Shown: positions 8,724-19,300 of the stretch, piece after piece
Layout: each line of letters begins with the position of its first letter
Position numbering within the stretch: the first letter of the stretch is position 1
Source: a virus
Lineage: Duplodnaviria > Caudoviricetes
IMG/VR virus record: IMGVR_UViG_3300030222_000026
Coordinates: 1-54,646 of that record
DNA length: 54,646 bases
Direction: 5' to 3' (one strand)
Position numbers and translations under genes: made by a program
The notes under the pieces: model-generated
What the model was told of the DNA's origin: nothing
Database searches by the model: none
What the model saw: only the letters and a program-made list of their open reading frames with translations

Positions 8724-9230
8724 ATGGCTCTCTCGAACCTCGATCTGACCAATGATGAACTCCAGTCGTCGCGCATTCTGCGACCCGGACGCTATCGCGT
8801 CATTTCGCGCGATGCGACCTACGAGGCGAAGGACGCACAGAGGGAAGCGGTCATCGTGACCTTCGACGACATGGACGGCCAAGGGTCCATCACGCACTAC
8901 TTCAATTACCGAAATCCGAATGAGGATGCGACCCGCATCGGACGAAGCCAACTCAAGACGTTCCTCACCCACGGGAAGCACCCGGACCCGAACAGGCCGA
9001 GCACAACCGCGAGCATGGTCGGGCTGAAACTGGTGATCACCGTCGAGAAGAATGGGACGTATGTGTCCAGCAAGTCCGGGAAGACCCTCGACAGGTATCA
9101 GGTCAGCCAGTTCCAGCCGTACACGGAAGATGGCTCTTTCGGCCCCACGGAAGCGCCACAAGCCAAGGCGGCGTCGGGAGGAGTGGTGCAGTCGGGCGTC
9201 GACAGCATGGACGATGAAATCCCATTCTGA
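8724..9230 (+). CDS. Single-stranded DNA-binding protein (DUF669-like)
   Basis: AGGAGG RBS, LRPGRY, acidic tail DDEIPF. Confidence 0.75.
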   Translation: MALSNLDLTNDELQSSRILRPGRYRVISRDATYEAKDAQREAVIVTFDDMDGQGSITHYFNYRNPNEDATRIGRSQLKTFLTHGKHPDPNRPSTTASMVGLKLVITVEKNGTYVSSKSGKTLDRYQVSQFQPYTEDGSFGPTEAPQAKAASGGVVQSGVDSMDDEIPF

Positions 9231-10042
9231 TGGTCGATCTCGCAGAGAAAATCCTGAAGGCCATCGACGATCAGGAGCGGGCCAAGCCAAGGGAAAAGGC
9301 TCGCTCCTACATCGGGGCCAGTATCGTTGGCGGGGAATGCAGCGCATTCCTCGCCTTTTGCTTGCGAGGCTTTCCGGACAACGAGATCGAGCCGCGCCTC
9401 AAGCGCATTTTCCAACTTGGCCACTACCTCGAGGATCGCGTGGTCGCGGACCTCAAGGCCGCTGGTATTTCAGTGGTCGAGCGCGACCCGATGACCGGAC
9501 GGCAATGGACCTACGAAGGGTTCGAGGGGCATGTGATAGGGCACGCTGACGGGATCATGGAGTTAGAGAACTCCGAGATCGCCGGAGTCGAGATCAAGAC
9601 GATGGGCCAACAGCCATTCGACAAATTCAAATCGGATGGCGTACTCGTGAGTCACCCGAAATATTTTGCTCAGGTCCAACTCATGATGGGACTCTCCGGA
9701 ATAGAGTCCTTCGTCGTGATCGCATATTGCAAGAACAACTCCGACTACCATGCCGAGGTGGTTCGGAAGGATGAACTGTATTTCTCGTACCTGACCGCCA
9801 AGATCGAGCGCGTCATGAGGGATGAAGACGTTCGTCGAGCGGCAGCCGACGCCAGTTCCTTCATGTGCCGCTTCTGCAACAAGAGTGAGGCGTGCTGGAG
9901 CGGGAAAACACCGGGGCCGAGATGCGCAAACTGCGCACACTCGATCCCTGGCCTGAATGCTGGCTGGTACTGCCGCCTGCACAAGCGCGATTGCCACGAT
10001 GTGTGTGGTGATTACCGTGCGTGGGAGCCAAGGTCAGCCTAA
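9230..10042 (+). CDS. Cas4-like RecB-family exonuclease
   Basis: N-terminal Cys (GGEC), GHADG..EIKT, QVQ, CRFC..C, plus an extra C-terminal Cys cluster. Confidence 0.8.
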   Translation: MVDLAEKILKAIDDQERAKPREKARSYIGASIVGGECSAFLAFCLRGFPDNEIEPRLKRIFQLGHYLEDRVVADLKAAGISVVERDPMTGRQWTYEGFEGHVIGHADGIMELENSEIAGVEIKTMGQQPFDKFKSDGVLVSHPKYFAQVQLMMGLSGIESFVVIAYCKNNSDYHAEVVRKDELYFSYLTAKIERVMRDEDVRRAAADASSFMCRFCNKSEACWSGKTPGPRCANCAHSIPGLNAGWYCRLHKRDCHDVCGDYRAWEPRSA

Positions 10043-10332
10043 TCACAAATAACGGTGTGACCGTAGTCGATACAATTCCTGGACCGCCCAGAGTTCGGCC
10101 CAATCCATGACGGCTCGACAGTGAAATGCCGAGGATATTGCTGCTGCGATTGCTGTCGCTGTCGCTCCAGCGGATCTCGGTAGTAAGGGTCAGGCTGCGG
10201 CGGTGGGGGTGGGACGTTGCGACCCGTCACGCTATTGAAGGCGCGGCTGTAATTGTCCCCAAACGAGGATTGGGCCAAGGCGGCGGCGCTCCCAAGAAGG
10301 AGCGCGACAATCGAAAGCGCTGCGATCTTCAT
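10039..10332 (-). CDS. Small secreted protein
   Basis: Signal peptide MKIAALSIVALLLGSAAALA-Q, poly-Pro, two C-terminal Cys; GGAGG RBS. Confidence 0.65.
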   Translation of the reverse strand: MKIAALSIVALLLGSAAALAQSSFGDNYSRAFNSVTGRNVPPPPPQPDPYYRDPLERQRQQSQQQYPRHFTVEPSWIGPNSGRSRNCIDYGHTVICD

Positions 10333-10389
10333 CAGAACCTCCCGTGATCTCCCAATTCTGGTGGCAGCGCCCACGGGATGCAATCCGGC

Positions 10390-13300
10390 CTATTCCGTAT
10401 CGCGTGTGTAGTCGATGAAGTCGAGCGTCGATGGGTCGATTTTCGCGGACTGACGTTGTCGGGTTCGCTCAGCCTCTCCCGCCGCCAAATCAACCATCAT
10501 CTCCCGGACGGGCTTCACACCGCCAAGGACGGGCACGCGCTCGGCAATGGAGCGAACGCCACGCCGCTCGGTGGAGTTGCTATCCGGGGTGCGGTCGAGA
10601 AGAGCATCAAGCCCCCCAGAGGCCACGTTGAACGCCCCAACGCCAGTGGAGACGGACGGCCCGAAGAGGGTCGAAGCCACCCTCACCTGGCCATAAGCCC
10701 CATTGTCCGTCTGAGACACGACGTCGTGGATCATCTCGAGGAGAAGGCCGAACCCTGCTGCGTGCGTGAAGCCTTCGACCACCCAACCGGCGTACATGTC
10801 GATGGTCTCATCGTCCATCGGCTCCGACATGAGCGGGTTCCAGTCAGAGAAACGACGCTCTCGAAGAGCAAAATCGGGATCATCCCGCTCGCCACCACGC
10901 CCCTGAACAATGTCCTTCACAGCCAGGGAGCCCATGCCTGCGGCAGGAGCGGCTGTGAGCAGCCACATGGCGCGGCGCAGATCGCCCGTCCCCTTCAGGT
11001 TGCTCGGAGGCTTCTTCCCAAGCATGTCGTAGAGGGCCAGCTTGACGTCATCGACGATGATCTCCTTGGACATCCTCATCATCATAAGGGGGAAGGACTT
11101 GAGTTGGAAGATCATCGCCCCGAGCGGCGTCTGACCCCAGATCGGAATGTCTGCCGGGTTCGGAGCGAAGATGGACTCGTCGGCAAACTTGATCACGGCA
11201 ACACGGGCGGCGTCGCTGTCGGCAATACCGATGGCCTCGTTCGTGTAACGCCCCTCGAGAACATCCGGACTGTCGATCATGGGGGCGCTCCGGTGGGTGA
11301 AGCCCTCCAACCCATAGTTCTTGAGTGTGCGGTAGGCGCGCTTGACCTTCGCGGGCTGCTGGTGGAACGGGACACCATCGACCCAGGCGTCGTGAGCCTT
11401 TTTCTGAGCCGCCTTGAACGTCTCAATGGCGACCGCACCAGCGAAACGACGGTTCACATCCGTCCAGGGAGTCAGGCCAGTTGCGTTGAAAAAGGCGTTG
11501 GTGAAGCGACCATCTGATGCTCCCCACATGTAGGCCAGCCTGTCGTGCAGGATCGACTCCCCCGCGACACCAATGTTCTCCAGCATCTCCCTGTAGACGG
11601 GATCGCTGGCGAAACGCCTGAGCGCCTTCGCATAAGCACTCATGTTGCCAGAGCGGATGAGCGGGAGGACGGGGTCGCCAAGTGAGGTCAGCGTCGTGAA
11701 GCCAAGGAGGGTCACGAGGTTGAAGTTCCGCATGCCACGCGAGAACTTCAGCATGCCCTCATGGTCGGACAGCGTCTTGCGGTTAGACACCTTCATCAAG
11801 CGCTCGATGAAATGGGCCGCGTCGTTGGTGATGAGGTGCGGGTCTCCATCGAAGTCCGAGAGCGCGGCGAGGATCGCCTCGACGCGACGCTCGTAGAACA
11901 ACGACGGCTCCCCATTGGCCTGATCGACTGGCTGGTACTTCATCAGGATATTGCGGGCGACCGGCTCTCCGAGCCCTGGGTCGGCAAGAGCCTCTTCCAC
12001 CTCCCGAATGACCTGAGCCGCCTCCTGCTCCTTCCCCTCGAAGGGCATGTTGAAGGTGTCGAGGAAGACGACCTCCTCCATGTTGCCGCTTTCGTCGCGC
12101 GCACGTTTGGTGGATTGAAACACCTTCTTGGTGGTCAGGAGTTGAACCGCACCTGCTGTGCCATCCTGCATGACCTTCAGGTAGTCATAAGCCCCATGGG
12201 AGCCGATGCCGAAAGTCTCGATCTGGTGGATGCGACGACCAGCCTGATCGTAATACTTCACCATGACGGCCTCGAGGTCGTCTTCGAGGAACTCTCGCAG
12301 GGCCATGCTGGTGTCGGAGTTGTCCAGGCGGATCGCGCGAGAGCCATCAAGGTTCTCGGCTGCCGAGTTTCTGGATGCCCCACGGCCCGGCACCATCAGC
12401 CCTTCACTCTCGTCGTCGAGGATTTTCAGGACAGTGCGGCGAGCAATCTCCTCAGTCTCCTCGCGGCCAAGGGGGTTGCCCTCGCGGAGCGAGGCATCAA
12501 GGAAGTGATCCCGGAGAAGAGACGTGAAGCGCTCGCGGTCCTCGGTCGACTTGTGGATCTTGTGAACGCTCCACAATTGCGGGAAGTAGTCCTTGATGAA
12601 CCCGATGCGGGGGTCGATGCGACGCATGGCATCGTGCGTCCTGGCCAGGTGATCCGCAATGGCCTGAGCCGCACGTTGCTCTTCAGAGGACATGGCGTTC
12701 CAGTTGCGCTTGTTGCGCTGAGGATCGACAGAGCCACGCTGCGACAGCCAGCGGAAAATTCGCTTATGGCTTTCAGGCTGGTCAGCCCCGAATTTCCTCG
12801 TGCCAGCCGCATCCGCTGTTGCGCGACGATACCAGCGATGGAGGGCGTGCTTCACGCTACCGCTCGAGTCAGGGAGCGTGCGCAGGATCTTCAGTGGCCC
12901 CTTGTCCTGAAGCCCACCATGCAGAAGACGGTTGGTGATCTGCGTCGAGCGCTGGAAGTAGGTGTCGAACTTCCCGGCGAGCCAGTGGGCATTGAAAACA
13001 CGGAGCGTGTTGGGGTTCGAGCGGAAGACGCCCTCGGCGAAGTTGCCAATGGCGCGGCCACCGGGGAGCATGTCGAGCATCCCGCGAACAAGGCCACGGT
13101 TGCCGTTGTTTTTCGTAAGGCGAATGACCGCCCTCTGGTCGGCATCCGAAGGCGCGCGCTTGCGGACGAAATTCCCGATAGCATGCTGGACATCGCGCAG
13201 AGGCTCCGCCTTCGAGATCGAGGAAAGGATGATCGTCGCCTTCGCGTCGTCAATGCCAGACGCATCGCCGTCGACCGTCCTGTTCAGGACAGGGCCAGAC

Positions 13301-16300
13301 GGGCGGATCGGGGTGCCGGTCGGGTGAGCGAACTCCTCAAAGAACTCCGGTTCAGCCGTGAGTTTGACATCGGATGGGTCGAAGAGAACCGTGCTGTCGA
13401 TAGCGTTGAACCCACGGTATCCAGACGCCCGGAACAGGTTCGACGCAGCGGTGCGGCTCGTGGCTTTGGAGAGACGCTCATAAAGCAGGTAGTTCGTCGG
13501 GAGCGTGTCGATCTCCTCAGCCTGATCGCGCACCATGGCGGCGAATGACTCGAGGGCCTTCGTCATCTTCTGAGGTGCTGTGCCCTTGTACCGTCCGGAC
13601 GCAACGGTTTCGAGGAGGAGCGAGACGATCTTCGGATACCCATCTTCACTCAGCGAAACCGGAGCGCCGAGGTCGAGGAGGCTCGTCGTCCGGGCAATGA
13701 CCGGAACAACGTAGTCGTCGTGGAGGACATCCTTTAAGTCCTCCATCAGGGCGGCTTCACGGTCGAGAGCGTCCGAGATAGACTTGGAGGCGGACGGCCC
13801 GGTGCCACTCGATGCCTTGTTCAGAAACTCCCTTGTCTCCTGAAGCAAGCGGATCTTTTCAGTGACTTCGCCTGTCACAACAGCGTCATCACGCAGGAGC
13901 GGAATGGAGTTCGAAGGGACTGCCTGAAGGTAGACGCCAGGGCCGAACTCCTTGTTCATCGAGACGATGGATGGAGAGTCTGTCTTCGCGGCCTTGGATT
14001 TTGCCGAAATCCGGTAGAACATGACAGGGGCGGTCTTCCCCGAAATGTCCTCTCCAGCGAACAGGCTCATCTCCCGCTTCCGGCTCGGGGGAGCGGACAT
14101 GACGTCATCAATCGCGAAGCGCGCTTGCCCCGGCGTCAGAATGTTGTTGGCCGGAAGATAGGCTCGAGGAACAAGATCGCCGCTGAAGGGGTTGCCATAC
14201 CAAGTCAGACGGGCGTTCGTTTTCGCGACGGGCTCCGACATCAGACCGTTGGCCATGTAGCCGACGCGGTCGATAATGCGGCTGATGAAATCATCAGGGG
14301 AAGAGGCATTGCCAGACGAGGGAGCCATCGGAGGAAGCGGGGCGGCCTCGTTCATACTGTTGTGAAGGCGGTGATGGACGGCCTTGCGAACCCACATGTC
14401 GGCAACGGAAATCGCTTCCTCCGGGTTCTCTCGTGCGATGTTCCGAGCCTCCTCCGGAAAGAACGAAGTGACCTGCTCGACCCAATTGTCCCCATCCAGT
14501 CGCGCGGCGATTTCCGAAAGCCGGTTGATCGCCTCCGCGCTGTCCCCATTCCTGCCGCTCAGACCGGAACCAATCTGCCGGAAGGTTTCGACGAAGCGCT
14601 TGTGCGCCTCGTTGCCAGTCGCGACGAAAAGGCCGTCGACGAATGGCTCGCTCTCGAAGCCAAGGAGGTTCTTCACACGTTCAGCATCGAGCGGATCGCC
14701 CTTGTCGGCAAGGTTCAGGAAGCGAAGGGCAGCCTTGCGGGCTGTATATTCCGTTCGCTTCTCCCGATGAGCGATGGAGATCAAGACCTGGCGCGTGCTC
14801 TGGTCGATATTGCCAGGGACGCCGCGCTCGGAGGATGCAAAAGTGTCGAAGGATTTCTCCCGCTCAATGGCGTCGAGAACGGTCGGCTCTGCAAAGGAGA
14901 TGATCGGATTGCCATTATTGCGAGAAGCCAATTCAAGGGCATAGGCATCGACATCCTCATCGCCAAGACGGAACGCCTCATCCACCGTGGCCACCAGATC
15001 GTCGATATCCTGAATGGAAGCGCCCTTCCGGAGTGGAGCACCATCCTTCATGTAAGGATTGATGATGACCTTCGTTCGCTTCGCTGTTTCCAGCGCCTCG
15101 GCATAACGATCCGCCTGATCCGTTTCATTGGCCTCGATGACACGTTCGAGTTCGGTTTCAGACATTGCCGTAGCCGAAGTCATAGACTGTGCATCGGAAG
15201 CTGGACGGATCGGTGCGGTCTTCCGTCCAGTGTTCTGGACCGCCACCTCATCGACCTTCTTGCGACGACGGGCGCGGACCTCGGCAGCACGCTCACGAAG
15301 GCTCTTCGAGGCCCTCTCCATGTGCTCGACTGTCGTGCGCCCCTCCTGAGCAAGCCTCACCTCGCGCTCGGAGCGACTCTCGGCACGCTTGAACTCCTCA
15401 ACGGTTTCCGAAGAGATCTCGATTGTAGCTTCGCTCCCGTCGATCTTGGCAATCGCGAAGCGTCCAATTTCGGGGCTGTCCTCGAAGCCAATGACACGAG
15501 CCACGAAGTCGTCGGTCTTGTGCAGGAAAGGGTCGCCGATCCGGACGTCATGGAACTTCTTCCGGTCGTTCCCGATGACGGCGACCTTCGCATCCTTCGC
15601 ATCCTTCGTGCGGTCAAGGTACTTCTTCTCGAGAGAGGCAGGGGTGTATTTCGCGCGAGCGCCATTGCGCTCGAAGGACGTATCGAGGGACTTGTGCGCA
15701 AGGTTTAGCCAGTCGGACAGAGAAGACCCCTCGGCGCGCTCACCAGACCCGACCTTCTTCTTCCCATACAGGAAAAGCTCCATCAGGCGGTCGGCGACCT
15801 CCTCGGGCCTCGCGCCGACCTTCAGGCTGTCAGAGTCAAGATCGCGCACGCTGGCGGCAGCATGGTCCAGGGCGTTCGAGTTCTTCTTGGTGAAGGGGTC
15901 TTTCGTAACCTCCTTGGCATCCGAAATACCAACGACCTCACGGCCCGCAAGAATACGGGCGATGTCGTGCGCCTTGTTCCGGCCATGAGCGGCGAGGCGG
16001 TTCTTGCCGCCAGCATGGTAGGCATAGAGAACACCAGCCTCGCCATACTGCGATTGCAGGGGAGTTCCGGCGCGCTCTGCCGCGCGCCTCATGATCGACG
16101 CCATCTGCTTCTTGGAGAACGTCGAGCCATAAAGATAGGAGAGGGTCTCCTTCGCTGCCTGAATGGCCTTGTCCGGGACATCCCGATTGGCAACGGCATC
16201 GTCCCAAAGCTCATCCAAATATTGGAGCCGTCGAGAGTGGTTCTTCAAAACTCGGACGTAGGACGCGCGCTCTTCCGGAGCGAGTTCGAGAAGCTCCTCC

Positions 16301-19300
16301 TCCGTGTAGTCACGGACCCAATTCTCGATAGGGCCAGTGCGGCGCTCCCCGTCCTTCTTCTCATCGGAGTTCAGACCAGGCTTGACCTTCTTGCCCGTGC
16401 GGCGATCTGTCGACGGTGACGGCGGAGTCGGAGTGTCGTCCACGTCATCCGTTGTATCTGCCGCGTCGGGAAGCGCGTCGCCAGCGCCAGAGGCAGAGTC
16501 GAGCTTGCGCGCCTCGATCTCCGCCATCTTGCGCTTTCGCTCGGGGAGCAACCTCGCGAAGTGCGGGACCAGATCAGGGTCGATGGAAGTCTTGGCGAAG
16601 AAACGGTCGAAGACCGCCTTGATGTAGTAGGTCGCCTTCTGCCAGATCGAGCGCTGAGCATCTCCCCGGACTTCACGAGTGGCCCACATTGCGAACTGGT
16701 TCGCGAGGAACTCGGCCGGGCTGTCGAGAGCGTTCAGAACGCCAACCGCACGCCCATTCACCGCCTCGATGGGAGAGCGCTTAAAGACATCCAGCGGAGA
16801 GAAGACGCCATTGGCGTCATAGTATTTTCCGAGCGACTCCATGACGGATGCCTTGTCGGCATCCGACATCACATGAACCCACGCCCAATGGAAGATCTCA
16901 TGGAACAGCGTCGCGGTCGGCGGCGTATCGCCCTTGGCAATACGCGACGTGTTGAAGGAGACCTGCCCAATGCGGTCGCCACGAAGCCCGCCAGTGGCCG
17001 TTTCCGCCGCCGCCTTCATGGACGCATCCTGAGCGAACCGGGGGAGTGCACGGGAGGCCAGTCGGTCGACGAACTCCTTCGCGGTCTTGACCTGCTCAGA
17101 GCCGAATGACGAAAAGATCAACTCGATCTCGGCAAGGGCAATGGTCCTGTCAGCCTCGGGCAGAGCAACCCCATAAGGAGCCAGTCGAGAACGCATCTCG
17201 GTGAGGCGCTGGACGAGGGCCAGTAGCTCACGCTGCGCGTCAAGCGAGGTCGGCCACTTCGACATGAACTTGTGAGCACCCTTCAGACGACGATGCGCCC
17301 CCAACTCGATGTTGGTCAGAAGGCGCTGGATCGTACGCCCATTCACACCCCCGCCACTTGCGCGAAGGCCGTCGATGTAGGCGACCGCATCACCGCTCTT
17401 GACCTGGAGGCCAGCGGCCACACGAAGCGTACTCCAGTCTTCCTCCGTGAGCTTCTCCGGCGAGAGTATCGCGGACTCGAAGTCCGCGAAATTCATCGCC
17501 GTGCGCTCCTCGTACCTGGTGATGGCAGGCGTCTGAGGTTTGCCTGACGACGCAGCCTTCTTCCCAACTGCGGTGTTCGGGGTGTCAGGATCAACGTAGG
17601 TGGCCGTCCAGTCCTCGAGATCCTGCTTCGTGCCAACAAGATCCTGAGCCGTACGCTTCGCGTCGATGTCGGACTTGCTGGCAAGAATTGTCAGGCTCGG
17701 GTCCTTTTTCAAGGTGAGGAGAAGGCGACGACCCTGATCGTCGACAAGATCAGGCATGTCGATGGGAGTATCAACGGATGCCATCTTGCGCTCGGCGCGC
17801 TTCACACGCGCGAGCATCTTCTCCACGCTGATCTTGCCAGCCGCGTAATCGTCGAGGGCCTTCTTCTGGATGTTGCGAACGCGGTTCTGCTCGGTCGGAG
17901 CGGCCCGGTTCACCTCGTCGAGAATGTGCTTAGGGGCCTTGGTGGGGGACTCCAGACCCATGGCCGAATAGACGTTCCGCCAGTTCTTGAAGACCTTCCC
18001 GTTGGGCGAAACCCACAACATGGAGCCGCTCGGGGAGACCTTAGGGCTGTCGACCGTCTTCGTCTGGCGCGTGGCGATGAACGCCGCAGGCAGATCCTTG
18101 CTCTGGGCGATCACATTCGCTTCGTCGCGCGTCGCCACATTCTGGTAGTTGGCCTCGCTCTCGGTCGGGGCCATGCCCCGATCCGTCGAATACTCTTCGC
18201 CCGTCTCTTTCGATGTGTAGGAACGGCCAGGGCGCATGAAGGACTGGATGTTCTTCTGCGTGTCCTCGGTCGCATAGATGGACTTGCGCTCGATGGAACT
18301 CTGCGCGGAGCGCGTGCGGCCAGTGTCCGAGACGGATGCCGCGCGCTCGACCGCCTTGGTCGCCCGGTCGCGAGCAATGATCTCCGGCATGTCCGGATTG
18401 TCCCGCATCGTCTCCATCGTGAGACGCTCAATCTTACGGGCCTTCTCGCGAGCCAGACGCTTCTCGGTCTGCTGGCGCTCGTACTCCGCCTTGCTCAACT
18501 TGATTGGCGCAGAGCCCTCCTCGACCCCCGCTTCCTTCGCAGAGCGCACGTAGCGCTCGATCTTGGCGTACTGCTTGGCGTCATCGGAAACGCCGAGTTC
18601 TTGCGCGACCGCGCGTGCGATCATCGACGGGTCGTCGCGGAAACTCGCACGGATTTCCTCCGGCATCTCGTCAAGGCGCTCAACCAGTCGCTCGGTCGTG
18701 GCGCGGACGTTCGTGGCGAAGTCCTCCTCCGCAACACGCTCAGGGGTTTCCTGAGCCAGATACTTGCGGATATCGCCCTGAGTGACCTTCCCATCCTTGC
18801 CAGTGGGCGTCACATCATCGAGGTCGACAAGGTTCGCATCGGCAAAACGACGAACCTGTTCGCGGGTGACACTGGATGTGGTCGCCTTGGGGGGCACCTC
18901 GGGAGGGATAACGCCAGTGGGGGCAGCCCCGGCCTCAGCTTCGGCACGCTCAAGCTCAGCGAGTCGGGCGACAAAATCGTCGAGCGTTCCAGCGTCATCA
19001 AGACCTTCATCGACAGGCGTGGAGTCAGGAACTTGTTCGGTGACTTGTTCGGTGGGCCGCTCATCTGGAGCGGTTACACCTTCCTGGGAACCCGTGCCTC
19101 GCGCCGCCTCAGTGGGCGCTTCAGTCGGCGCTTCAGCACCCTCCCCCTTGGCGGTCGTACGCGCGGCTTGTCCACGACGCGGCTCACCCCCCTTCTTCGC
19201 TTCCTTCTGCTGCTCGGCCTGCTGCGCCTTCTGCTGCTCGGCCCGCGCCTTTCGCTCCTCAAGTCTCTGGCGGATGAATGCGCCATAGTCCTCCGGGACA

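Noticed and set aside
9230-10042. Cas4-like gene as part of a CRISPR system
   Set aside because: No repeat-spacer array or other cas genes; solo Cas4-like nucleases are common in phage recombination modules
11842-11856. DFDGD in the giant protein, matching the two-barrel RNA polymerase catalytic motif
   Set aside because: It sits in a helical context (VEAILAALS-DFDGD-PHL) in the ejection-protein-like C-terminus with no other polymerase motifs seen; probably chance, though structure prediction should confirm
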